From Acidiferrobacteraceae bacterium (GTDB lineage Bacteria > Pseudomonadota > Gammaproteobacteria > Acidiferrobacterales > JAJDNE01): 64,000 nt of DNA. The notes beneath the pieces were generated by a model. It did not search any database, had not been told where the DNA came from, and was given only the letters and a program-made list of their open reading frames with translations. Below are positions 25,911 to 35,131 of the stretch, in pieces. The position numbers and the translations under genes were made by a program. The stretch lies in the NCBI GenBank assembly GCA_037388825.1, contig JARRJV010000001.1, positions 1,024 to 65,023 on the forward strand, given 5' to 3'. The number at the start of each line of letters is the position of its first letter. The stretch's first letter is position 1.

Positions 25911-26624
25911 ATGAAAAGACGTACCGTGTTGGGTGGCTTGGCGCTGGCCATTGCGTCAGTAGGTGGCGGGATGGCTGTTGTCCTGAACCGTTTTGCAAAG
26001 GCGGCGCCGTCCGGGAGCCCGGCGAAATATCCCGTGACTACGGCTGCCATGCAGGAACGCTACGTGGATGAAGTGCGGGCATTCCACAAATATTCCGCAT
26101 ACTCGCACCAGGCCATCGAGGAGGGCTACCCCAACATCGCCTACCTGTTTACTTCCTTGGCGGTTTCCGAATCGGTTCATGCCCGAAACTTCAAGGACCT
26201 CCTCCATGGCTTTGGCGTTCAGCCAGGACCTGTTACCGATATGGGCATGAGGGTGTCCAAGACAAAGAACAACCTGAAAGAGGCGACCACCGTCGAGGCG
26301 GATGAAATCAATCACAAGTATCCCGCGATCGTGAAGGAGATCAGCGCGGAAAACAATCAAAAGGCCATAGAGGTTACGACCTGGGCATGGAAGGCGGAGG
26401 AACAGCATCGCAAACTCATCGTGCAGATGCAGGAGAACGTGGTGAAGTGGTGGGGCATTGTCTCCTCGCGTATCGAGGAGAAACCGGTGAACTATTACGT
26501 ATGCCAGGTATGTGGATCCACGCTGATCAAGGTTCCGAAGGACAAGTGCCCGATCTGCGACAGCCCGGCGTCGTCATACAAGGAAATCCCGCCACCCCCG
26601 GGCTATACCACGGAGAAGAAATAG
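25911..26624 (+). CDS. Rubrerythrin-family di-iron protein with N-terminal Tat-like signal and C-terminal rubredoxin-like CxxC...CxxC
   Basis: Two ExxH motifs (SESVH, AEEQH) in a ferritin-like four-helix layout. CQVCGS...CPICDS at the C-terminus. N-terminus MKRRTVLGGLALAIASVGGGMAVVLNRFAKA-AP. SD GGGAGG. Confidence 0.85.
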   Translation: MKRRTVLGGLALAIASVGGGMAVVLNRFAKAAPSGSPAKYPVTTAAMQERYVDEVRAFHKYSAYSHQAIEEGYPNIAYLFTSLAVSESVHARNFKDLLHGFGVQPGPVTDMGMRVSKTKNNLKEATTVEADEINHKYPAIVKEISAENNQKAIEVTTWAWKAEEQHRKLIVQMQENVVKWWGIVSSRIEEKPVNYYVCQVCGSTLIKVPKDKCPICDSPASSYKEIPPPPGYTTEKK

Positions 26625-26821
26625 GGCGTCGCCGGCCCTGTGCCGGCAGCCCGGCATCCGGTCCGGTTGTCTGGGGCGCCCGGAGGCGGGCAATCCATCC
26701 GCATTTTGAAAAACCTCGATTACCGGGCAATATCTGGCAGGAGCCATTGCGGTGGTGTGCTGCAGGGCTTTTCGCGATTTCGGCGAAGACCGGTTCTTTT
26801 TGAACAAAACAACGGGTATTT

Positions 26822-27784
26822 ATGCAAACACAACCTGAATTTCTGACCCTGCGTCGGCATCTGGAACAGCGCATCGTCGGCCAGTCGCGTCTGCTGGACC
26901 GGCTCATGGTCGCGCTGCTCAGCGGGGGTCATATCCTGCTCGAGGGTCCGCCGGGCCTGGCCAAGACGACGGCGGTGAAGGCGCTGGCCGGCGGGGTGCA
27001 CGCGCGCTTCCAGCGCATCCAGTTCACGCCTGACCTCATGCCCGCGGACATTACCGGCAGCGATGTGTTCAATCCCAAGACGGGGGACTTTCGATTCGCC
27101 CCCGGACCCCTGTTCAACGAGATTGTTCTGGCCGATGAGATCAACCGTGCCCCGCCCAAGGTCCAGTCGGCCCTGCTCGAGGCCATGGAAGAGCACCAGG
27201 TGACCATCGGTGGTCAGTCCCATGCCTTGCCCGATCTGTTCATCGTCATGGCAACACAGAACCCCCTGGAGCAGTCCGGAACCTACCCCTTGCCCGAGGC
27301 ACAGCTGGATCGTTTCCTTCTTCACGTCGTGATCGATTATCCGGACGAGGAGGAGGAGTTGCGCATTCTCGACCTGGATCGTGGAATGCACTTCGGTGAA
27401 GACAAGACCGATAACAACACCCGCCTGAGTCCGGCGACGGTGCTGAGTGCCCGGCGCGAAGTGGCGGAGATCCATATCGAAGAGACGCTGGAGCGCTATG
27501 CCGTCAGTATCGTGGCCGCAACCCGCGACCCGGGCAAGTGGTTGCCGGACTGGCACGACGCGATTCGCTTCGGTGCCTCGCCGCGCGCGACCCTGGCCAT
27601 GGTGCGCGCCGCCAGCGCCCATGCGTATCTGCGGGGCAGGGAGTACGTCATTCCCGACGACGTAATCGAAGTGGCGGGCGACGTATTGCGCCATCGCATC
27701 ATTCCCAGTTTCGCCGCACGCGCGAAACAGCTCAGCAGCGATGATTTGATCAAGGGTATTCTCAAAGCCATCCCCGTCCCCTGA
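26822..27784 (+). CDS. MoxR-family AAA+ ATPase
   Basis: Walker A LLEGPPGLAKT, Walker B LADEINRA, 320 aa. Confidence 0.92.
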   Translation: MQTQPEFLTLRRHLEQRIVGQSRLLDRLMVALLSGGHILLEGPPGLAKTTAVKALAGGVHARFQRIQFTPDLMPADITGSDVFNPKTGDFRFAPGPLFNEIVLADEINRAPPKVQSALLEAMEEHQVTIGGQSHALPDLFIVMATQNPLEQSGTYPLPEAQLDRFLLHVVIDYPDEEEELRILDLDRGMHFGEDKTDNNTRLSPATVLSARREVAEIHIEETLERYAVSIVAATRDPGKWLPDWHDAIRFGASPRATLAMVRAASAHAYLRGREYVIPDDVIEVAGDVLRHRIIPSFAARAKQLSSDDLIKGILKAIPVP

Positions 27785-27789
27785 GCACC

Positions 27790-28782
27790 ATGTTCCGGTC
27801 TCTCATTCAAAGAGTTTCGCGCCACTACCAGCGTCTGCTTCGGGCAGAATCAGGTGCGACCCGGGCACCGTTGCTCGACGAGGCGGCCCTGCATGAGCTG
27901 GAGCTGTACGCCCGGTCGCTTCCATCGTCCTTGCTGGAATTCCGGCGCCATGCCTCACATCCCCTGATTGGCGAGACACCGTCGCTGTACCGCGGGCGCG
28001 GCCTGGAATTCGAGGAGAACCGTGCCTATCAGGCCGGCGACGAGTCGCGTCTGGTGAACTGGCGACTGTACGCACGCACTGGAGAGCTCTACACCAAAGT
28101 CTTTGCCGAGGAGCGCCGGCCGCAGGTCTTTGTTGTGCTGGACCGGCGCCCCCCCATGCGTTTCGCCACGCGCGGGCAACTGAAAGTGGAACTTGCGGCC
28201 CGGCTTGGCATTTGCCACGCACACCAGGCGCAACAGCAGGCCCTTGCCGTGGGCGGTCTGGTAATGAATCAGGAACCGCAATGGTTCACACCTGCCATCG
28301 GCGAGGTGTCGCTGCAAGGCCTGATCCAGGCCATGGCAGCGCCGTGTCCGCCATTGGCCTTTGAACAGGCACAGCCGGATCTGGCCGAGCAGCTGCAGCA
28401 GGTACTGCATCGCCTGCCGGCCGGTAGTTTCGTGCTTCTGCTCAGCGACTTCGCTGACCTCGATCCGGACTCTGCCACCTCGCTGTTGCATCATCTGGCC
28501 GAGCTGCACACGGTGCGGGCAATCCAGGTCCTGGACCCGGTGGAGACACAGTTTCCGGAGAGTGGAGTCTTCCTGATCGAAGACAGGGCCTCGACCCAGC
28601 CACTTCGTATCGACGGGCATGATGTCGTGCAACAAGACCTGTACACGAAGATCTTTGCGGATCGCCAGGTGGCTCTGGCTGCCTGTTTTCGGGAATCCGG
28701 TATACCGTTCCGCACCTGTATGACGCGGGACGACGTGGAAACCTGCCTGGGAAACGAAGATGGCAATTCCCCCGTCCATTGA
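27790..28782 (+). CDS. DUF58-type protein (VWA-like, MoxR partner)
   Basis: Motif RGRGLEFEENRAYQAGDESRLVNWRLYARTGELYTKVF is typical of DUF58. Position directly after moxR. Confidence 0.85.
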   Translation: MFRSLIQRVSRHYQRLLRAESGATRAPLLDEAALHELELYARSLPSSLLEFRRHASHPLIGETPSLYRGRGLEFEENRAYQAGDESRLVNWRLYARTGELYTKVFAEERRPQVFVVLDRRPPMRFATRGQLKVELAARLGICHAHQAQQQALAVGGLVMNQEPQWFTPAIGEVSLQGLIQAMAAPCPPLAFEQAQPDLAEQLQQVLHRLPAGSFVLLLSDFADLDPDSATSLLHHLAELHTVRAIQVLDPVETQFPESGVFLIEDRASTQPLRIDGHDVVQQDLYTKIFADRQVALAACFRESGIPFRTCMTRDDVETCLGNEDGNSPVH

Positions 28783-29170
28783 AACCAAATGGGTGGACAT
28801 CGTTCCACCGCTTGCACCCGCAAGCCCGGCAGACCCTTATCTGTTTGCCCCGCTTGCCGTCTTATTCGTCGCCTTGATCACCGTAGGGATTTATCTGTAC
28901 CTGCGACCAAGGCAGCGGGCGAGGCGCGCACTTCGTCGCCTGTACCGGGACCTGCGACAGTCACGGGTAGAAGCAAAGGCCGCATGTTTTCAGGTTCGGG
29001 AGTGTCTGCGCTCCCCTGCCTGGACGCATGGCAACGATGCCGGATGGCAGGCCTATCTGGATCGCTTGAGCCAGTACTGTTTTTCGGCCGAAGCGCCTGA
29101 CCCCGCGGAGGCCGATGCCGTCATCGCCCAGGCTCTCGCCTGGCTGGACCAGAAGGTGGCGGCAAGCTGA
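28760..29170 (+). CDS. Small membrane protein of Bat-like operons (DUF4381-like)
   Basis: Single TM (LFAPLAVLFVALITVGIYLYL) followed by an Arg-rich helix. Position between the DUF58 and VWA genes. Stop/start overlap with the next gene (TGATG). Confidence 0.6.
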   Translation: MAIPPSIETKWVDIVPPLAPASPADPYLFAPLAVLFVALITVGIYLYLRPRQRARRALRRLYRDLRQSRVEAKAACFQVRECLRSPAWTHGNDAGWQAYLDRLSQYCFSAEAPDPAEADAVIAQALAWLDQKVAAS

Positions 29171-30237
29171 TGTGGCAGTCAGCAAACGAATTCCTGCGTA
29201 CCATCCATTTCCTCCATCCGGGCTGGCTGTGGGCCCTGCCGTTGTCGTTCGTCGTCTTCGCCTACCTGATGTATCGAAACCAGCTGCGCCCACTCGCACG
29301 TGTACCGCAGTTCACCGCCAGTAATCCCTGGCGCCATCCACGGCTGGGAATCCTGCGCCAATTGCACGCACGCGCGGCGCAACGGCAAATGGCGCGCGGT
29401 GCGTTCTTTCGTTGGGTTGGCTATGGCGTGCTGCTGACGTGTGTCCACCTGGCCCTGGCCCAGCCCTATCGGCTCGGCCGGCAATTGCCGACACCGCCGG
29501 AATACCGCGATACGGTCTTTGTCATCGATACCTCCATCAGCATGGAGTTGCGTGACTACCTGGTCCGGAACGAGCGCGTTGACCGGATGACGATCCTGAA
29601 GAGTGCGCTTACGCACTTCATTGAGCAGCTCAAGGGAAATCGCATTAGCTTGATTGTTTATTCCGAACACCCCTACACGCTGGTGCCCTTTACCGCCGAT
29701 TATGCCTTGCTCAAGACCCAGGTGCGGCGCCTGCGGCCCGCGGTGCTGACCGGTCGAACCACGGACGTAAGCAGGGCCTTGTTGTACACCTTGCAGCAAC
29801 TGCAGCGAACAGGTACCGACCGGCCGGGACCAAAACCGGTAGTGGTGCTGATCACCGATGTCGACCGGACCTACCGCGACACGGATCCGCGCGCCGTCGC
29901 CGCCTATCTGCACCAGCAGGGATACCGCCTGCATACCATCGGCATCGGCGCTTCCAGCTACGCCGCCCGGGAAAAGAATGTCCATGGTCTGATCTACCAG
30001 CCGGCCAATTTCGCGTTGCTGCAGGCCATAGCCAAACGTGGTGGCGGCCGGTTCTATCGGGCGGACAATGCCAGCAGCCTTGCCTCGGCGATCCGTGCCA
30101 TCCAGTCGGCGGAACGCCGGCCGGAAAAGGCCGAACCCCGCTTCGTCACGATCCCCTTGTACGCGTGGCCACTGCTGGCCGGCCTAGTCTGGATCATGGG
30201 CCTGCAACTGGGCGCCACGGTGCGGAGGCGTCCATGA
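29170..30237 (+). CDS. VWA domain membrane protein (BatA-like)
   Basis: N-terminal TM helices, MIDAS-like VFVIDTSISM, C-terminal TM. Confidence 0.85.
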   Translation: MWQSANEFLRTIHFLHPGWLWALPLSFVVFAYLMYRNQLRPLARVPQFTASNPWRHPRLGILRQLHARAAQRQMARGAFFRWVGYGVLLTCVHLALAQPYRLGRQLPTPPEYRDTVFVIDTSISMELRDYLVRNERVDRMTILKSALTHFIEQLKGNRISLIVYSEHPYTLVPFTADYALLKTQVRRLRPAVLTGRTTDVSRALLYTLQQLQRTGTDRPGPKPVVVLITDVDRTYRDTDPRAVAAYLHQQGYRLHTIGIGASSYAAREKNVHGLIYQPANFALLQAIAKRGGGRFYRADNASSLASAIRAIQSAERRPEKAEPRFVTIPLYAWPLLAGLVWIMGLQLGATVRRRP

Positions 30238-32084
30238 CGGACATCCTGTCACATCTCGCATGGCGCGAACCGTACTTCCTGTGGCTGGCGCTCTACCCGT
30301 GGGCCCACTGGGCGGTACGCGCCTTGCTCGATCGGCCTGGTGGAGCCTATGCCGATGCGCAACTGGTACCGTGGGCGCGGGCCCAAGCTCGCGGCCGGCT
30401 GGCGCCGCGGCGCATCTGGCGCCACACGGCATTCGCAATGGCGTGGCTACTGCTCGCCCTGGCTGCCGCAGGACCGAGGGTCGCCCTCACGGACTACGGC
30501 AAGAACCGGGAAAACGACACGCAGCTGATGGTGGTGGTTGATCTTTCGAAGTCGATGACGGCGCGCGACATCGCGCCCAGCCGGCTGGAGCGCGCCCGGG
30601 TGGAACTGGACGACCTGCTGGCACGGGAGGAGCGGCTCCGGATCGGCCTGGTGGTGTATGCCGCGCGGCCGCATCTGATGACGCCGCCGACGGAAGACAG
30701 ACAGGTGTTGCGTCGCGATCTGCAGCTGCTGCGCTATGGCTTGTTGCCGACCGAAGGATCGAACCTGCAGGACGCAATCGAGTTTGCGTCGCGGCAGTTT
30801 GTCCCGGGCCAATCCGCGCGCGCCGTACTGCTGCTGACTGATGGGGAGACACCGGACAACGGCGCCTCCGCCGATGCGCGGCTATACGATTCGGTCACGG
30901 GTCTGGCACAGCAGGGAATCAGGCTGTACGCGCTCGGTGTGGGGACGTCCGAAGGCGCGCCACTCCAGGGGCCGGACGGAGGGTGGCTGCAGTATCGGGG
31001 ACGAGCGGTCGTGTCGACGCTGCACCAAGACCGGTTGCGCAGGATCGCGCAGCTGGGTAACGGGCACTACGCACCCGTGTCGGACACCGATGCCGATTGG
31101 CGGACGCTTTACGATGGCGGTATCCGCTACCTGCACGTCGGCAAACCCGGTCGCCACGGTGAGCAGTCGATCGAATGGCGCGAATACTTTGGCTGGTGTC
31201 TCGTGCCCGGCATCCTGCTCTTGTTGGTAGCCGGGATGGAGCCGCGCCGCGTTTCCCCGGTACTGGCTCTACTCCCATGGCTGGCACTGGCCACTGCGGT
31301 CATGATGTTGCATCCGCTTGCCGCCCAGGCGGCGCCATCGAACTGGCAGCAGCGCGCCTATAAGGCCTACCGGAATCAATCCTGGGATGAGGCGAAACAG
31401 GACTATGCGCGGGTGGCTGGCTACGCGGGCCGCATGGGGGAGGGCAGCAGTGCCTATCACCTTGGCCGGTACGCGGAAGCGGCGGGGCTTTTCACCCAGG
31501 CCATCCTGGATGCGGACAGCGATCGCCAGCGCGCACGAGCGATCTTCAACCTTGCCAACTGCCGCTATCGCCTGGCGGATTTCGCCGCGGCGCTTGCGCT
31601 CTATCGCGAGTCACTGCGCTACCAGCCGGACAATCGCGCGGCGCGGACGAACCTTGGATTTGCCCAGGCCATGGCCAAAAGGCACCGCCACATCGGCAGG
31701 AAGGAAGGTGGCGGAAGGCAGGGCCGGGGTCCGCGTTCGGTAAGGCCGGCACCGGGTGCGGACCTGGGCAACGGCTACGTGGCATTCGAAAAGGGCGAAA
31801 AGCCCAAGTCGCCAGCGATCTCTTCGCCCCCTTCCACTCCGCTACCCGGGTCGGACCTGGTGGAACAGGGGATTTATCATTCCCGGCTCGCGGTCCGGAA
31901 GGTGACCGAGTACAAGGACCCCTTGTGGCGCTACGCCCCCACGACGCCGGAGCGCATCGCGTTGCAGGCCAAGTCGCTCAAGGTCCAAGAGCAGACGTTG
32001 TGGAAACGGATCTTCGAAGCGGAAGAGGGATTTCCCGCGCCGCTTGAAACACCCGAGCCGTTGCCGGACACGCCGCCATGGTAG
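30234..32084 (+). CDS. VWA + TPR protein (BatB/BatC-like fusion)
   Basis: ATG at 30234 overlaps the upstream stop (ATGA). MIDAS VVVDLSKSMTARD. TPR repeats (YKAYRNQSWDEAKQDY..., LANCRYRLADFAAALALYRESLRYQPDN). Confidence 0.85.
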   Translation: MTDILSHLAWREPYFLWLALYPWAHWAVRALLDRPGGAYADAQLVPWARAQARGRLAPRRIWRHTAFAMAWLLLALAAAGPRVALTDYGKNRENDTQLMVVVDLSKSMTARDIAPSRLERARVELDDLLAREERLRIGLVVYAARPHLMTPPTEDRQVLRRDLQLLRYGLLPTEGSNLQDAIEFASRQFVPGQSARAVLLLTDGETPDNGASADARLYDSVTGLAQQGIRLYALGVGTSEGAPLQGPDGGWLQYRGRAVVSTLHQDRLRRIAQLGNGHYAPVSDTDADWRTLYDGGIRYLHVGKPGRHGEQSIEWREYFGWCLVPGILLLLVAGMEPRRVSPVLALLPWLALATAVMMLHPLAAQAAPSNWQQRAYKAYRNQSWDEAKQDYARVAGYAGRMGEGSSAYHLGRYAEAAGLFTQAILDADSDRQRARAIFNLANCRYRLADFAAALALYRESLRYQPDNRAARTNLGFAQAMAKRHRHIGRKEGGGRQGRGPRSVRPAPGADLGNGYVAFEKGEKPKSPAISSPPSTPLPGSDLVEQGIYHSRLAVRKVTEYKDPLWRYAPTTPERIALQAKSLKVQEQTLWKRIFEAEEGFPAPLETPEPLPDTPPW

Positions 32085-33577
32085 GTCGCGCTTCCCTCAT
32101 CCTGGCGCTGTCGGCTGCCTTGTTGGTGCCGGTCGTGGGCACGTGCGCACCGCCGTCGTTCCGGCTCGCGGTCCAGTCCACGGACCTGGAATATGGAAAG
32201 CCGATTCGCGTCGAAGTGACTGCGCGCGATCTGCCTGCCGATCTGGCTTCGCTGGATCTTACGCCGCTGGATTCGGAATTCGTTGTCGAGACGCCGAACG
32301 ACGTAGTGCGAAACGGCCAAAGCAGACTGCAGACCTGGCGCGTCCGACTGTATCCGCGCAAACCTGGCAAATTGCAGATCCCGTCACTGACCTTTCATGG
32401 CAGGAAAACCCGACCACTGACCGTGGAGGTGAAACCGGCCGTCGACCAGGCGGACAAGTCGCCGATGAAGGTAAGTACCCAGCTTGGCGATACGAATGTC
32501 TGGCTCAATCAAGCCGTGCATGTCACCGTTCAGGTCGATAGCGACAGCCGCTATGCCTGGCTCCAAAGCCCGGCCGCTCACCAGGATGATGTCGAGATCG
32601 TGGCCGAACCTCCTGTACGCCATACGGAAACGCACGATGGCCAGGCGCGTACGCAACACCGCATCGGTTGGGTACTGTACCCGCAAACGACGGGTACCAT
32701 CTCCATTCAGTTGCCGCGTATCGAATACTACCGGGAAGGCGTGGTAACCCGCCGGTTTTATCCGCCCAGACTGGTCCTGCATGTTCGCGCCTTGCCGCCC
32801 TTTGTTCCGCCGACCATGCCCATCGGCCGCATGCAGCTCGATGTATCCGTTCCGCATGCCTTGCTTCTGGTGAAAAACAAACTGGATTTTTTCACCCTGC
32901 GGATCCACGGCCAGGGTCCGCCCGGGCAGAGGCCGTCGGGCGTGTTGCGCCAGTTGAAGAGCAGTTCCGACATCACGATCTATCCCGCACGCGACCTGGC
33001 GGGGACAGGCGCCGTGCACGAAGGCAGGGAACAGGAAGTGGCATATCAGGTGCCGTTTGCGCCGCAGTCCATGGGACGGGTCTCCCTGCCCAGGGTGCGC
33101 CTGCAGTATTTCGACCCGGACACGGGAAAGATCGAGACGCAGATCCAGCCCCTGGGGCGGTTCATCGTGCTCGATCAGTGGATGGTGTACGCGGGCGTGA
33201 TTATCCTTGTGCTGCTTGCAGCCTGGTTCGGCGGTTTCGCCTACCGCTATGGCAAACGGCAGCTTCGTTTGTACACCGCATACCGCAAGGCCAAGTGGGC
33301 CTTCGAGCACGCAAGCACGCCCCAGGAAATGCGTTCAGGACTGATGGAAATCGCTCGTGGAGAATGCTGGCCCGGGAACCTCACTCTGGCCGCCTGGCAA
33401 GTTCAATGGTCGAGGTGCTATCCGCAACTTTCGTCTGTTTCCGCCACCATTGAGCGGCTGCAGGCATGGCTGTATGGCCGGGCCGAAACGAATCTTCAGG
33501 ACATTAGGTCTGCCCTGATCGACGTTTGCCAGCGGCGGGTTCCGCTATTGAGGATGCATGCGTTCTCGCAGCGTTGA
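32078..33577 (+). CDS. BatD-like (oxygen tolerance family) protein
   Basis: Signal peptide, long beta-rich region, a late TM helix (WMVYAGVIILVLLAAWFGGFAY), and operon position after the VWA-TPR gene. Confidence 0.7.
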   Translation: MVGRASLILALSAALLVPVVGTCAPPSFRLAVQSTDLEYGKPIRVEVTARDLPADLASLDLTPLDSEFVVETPNDVVRNGQSRLQTWRVRLYPRKPGKLQIPSLTFHGRKTRPLTVEVKPAVDQADKSPMKVSTQLGDTNVWLNQAVHVTVQVDSDSRYAWLQSPAAHQDDVEIVAEPPVRHTETHDGQARTQHRIGWVLYPQTTGTISIQLPRIEYYREGVVTRRFYPPRLVLHVRALPPFVPPTMPIGRMQLDVSVPHALLLVKNKLDFFTLRIHGQGPPGQRPSGVLRQLKSSSDITIYPARDLAGTGAVHEGREQEVAYQVPFAPQSMGRVSLPRVRLQYFDPDTGKIETQIQPLGRFIVLDQWMVYAGVIILVLLAAWFGGFAYRYGKRQLRLYTAYRKAKWAFEHASTPQEMRSGLMEIARGECWPGNLTLAAWQVQWSRCYPQLSSVSATIERLQAWLYGRAETNLQDIRSALIDVCQRRVPLLRMHAFSQR

Positions 33578-33620
33578 TCCGATCGGGAGCCGAACTCCCC
33601 CCGGACTGCGGGGATGTTCA

Positions 33621-34622
33621 CTATCGGATCATTAGCGGCTGTCCGAAGTCCCTGACGGCGAATTCTTGTTCTGCCAGACCGGCGAGTTCCCGTTCCTTCG
33701 CCAGCAACTCAATAGGTTCGTCGATATCTTCCGCGGATTGCTGGAAGGTTCCGAAGTGCATGGCCAGCGACTGACGCGATTGCAGATCGATATGGGCCTG
33801 GACCGCCTGCTTCGGATCGATGTGCACGAAACCCATAAAGCCGCGCGGACTGTAGGCGCCTATGGGAAGTAGCGAAAGATCCATGGGGCCGAAGCGATCG
33901 AAGGTTTGTTTGTAGTGATCCGCATAGCCGCTGTCACCGGCGAAATAGATCTTGCGGCCACCGATTTCGAGCACGAAGCCTCCCCAAAGCGTAGAGAACC
34001 GGTCCGTAAGCGTCCTGCCGGAGAAGTGCTGCACCGGTGTGAATGATACGAAGAAGTGGTTGCCCACCTCGGTGCGTTCCCACCAGTCGAACTCCGTAAC
34101 CTTGTCCATGGAATCCAGTCGCCGGCCCGCGCCCAGACCCAGGCAGATGCGGGGGTCGTCGCGTTGTACAAGCCTGCGGATGGTCGGCAGGTCCAGGTGG
34201 TCGTAGTGATCGTGGCTGACGATTATGGCGTCGATCTTCGGCAGATCGTCGAAGCCGATGCCGGGCTTGCGCACACGCCGGGGGCCGATGCGTGAGAATG
34301 GTCCGGCCCGGTCCGAATAGATGGGGTCCGTGATGATGTTGTAGCCTGCGGTCTGGACGAGAACGGTGGAATGGTTGATGAGGGTTGCCCGTATTTCCCT
34401 TCCCTCAACCCGAGCTGGCGGTGCCGGGCCATGGTCGGTCTCGACCCAGTCCGGCCACAAAGCCCAGGGCGTGTTCCTGCGCATTTTCAGGAACGACCAC
34501 AGATTGGTGGTCATCTTTCTGTCGTTGTGAAACCGGCCATCTCGAAAGTGCGCGGACCGCATCCTTTCGTCTTTGTAGGATGTACGGCGGAGCCCGAAGC
34601 CGGCGAGCAGGGAAGCGAGCAC
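33621..34622 (-). CDS. MBL-fold metallo-hydrolase (NAPE-PLD-like)
   Basis: HxHxDH motif in IIVSHDHYDHLD. 333 aa. Confidence 0.8.
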   Translation of the reverse strand: MLASLLAGFGLRRTSYKDERMRSAHFRDGRFHNDRKMTTNLWSFLKMRRNTPWALWPDWVETDHGPAPPARVEGREIRATLINHSTVLVQTAGYNIITDPIYSDRAGPFSRIGPRRVRKPGIGFDDLPKIDAIIVSHDHYDHLDLPTIRRLVQRDDPRICLGLGAGRRLDSMDKVTEFDWWERTEVGNHFFVSFTPVQHFSGRTLTDRFSTLWGGFVLEIGGRKIYFAGDSGYADHYKQTFDRFGPMDLSLLPIGAYSPRGFMGFVHIDPKQAVQAHIDLQSRQSLAMHFGTFQQSAEDIDEPIELLAKERELAGLAEQEFAVRDFGQPLMIR

Positions 34623-34630
34623 TGTGTGCC

Positions 34631-35128
34631 TCAGACCGGAGTAGACAAGACTGGCTGCCGCTCGAGCATTCCTGACAGCAGCCCCTCGATCCGGTGCACG
34701 AGTCCCGGCAAGGCGGCGCGGATCGTCGGGCTCAGGTCTTCGCCGGCATGACTGGCGTCGATCTCGATTCCGCAGACATAGCAGCGGTCAGGCAGTTCGC
34801 CCAGGGCGCGGGCGAGATCGAGCGCCGCCGCGACACCGAAGCCATGGGACGATGTCGTAGATGAATCGCCGTCGATCCGGTGCGCGGCGATGCAATGCAG
34901 CGAACCCGGTGTTTGTCCCGTCCGCATTGCGTCGATGAGGATCACGGTGTCCGCATTCTGCCAGTGCGACAGGAGTGCCGATCCCGGACGGTCGAGGACA
35001 AGGATTTCAATTTGCCCGGCGGCAGATTGGAGCGCCGGCGCTGCCCGTAGCATTTCCGCTGCAAGCCAGCCGAGACGGTCATCGCCGAAGGGAGAACCAA
35101 TGCCGATGATCCTGATTCGCGCGCCCAC
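34631..35128 (-). CDS. Hydrogenase maturation endopeptidase for the group-3-type enzyme (HoxW/HycI-like)
   Basis: IIGIGSPFGDDRLGW...VILIDA...HGFG motifs. GTG start 3 nt after the large-subunit stop. Confidence 0.85.
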   Translation of the reverse strand: MGARIRIIGIGSPFGDDRLGWLAAEMLRAAPALQSAAGQIEILVLDRPGSALLSHWQNADTVILIDAMRTGQTPGSLHCIAAHRIDGDSSTTSSHGFGVAAALDLARALGELPDRCYVCGIEIDASHAGEDLSPTIRAALPGLVHRIEGLLSGMLERQPVLSTPV

Positions 35129-35131
35129 GGT

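Noticed and set aside
26735-26750. Sigma54-like sequence CTGGCAGgagccaTTGC ~85 nt upstream of moxR.
   Set aside because: The GG-to-GC spacing is 11 nt by my count, versus the canonical 10, and sigma54 promoters tolerate almost no spacing change.
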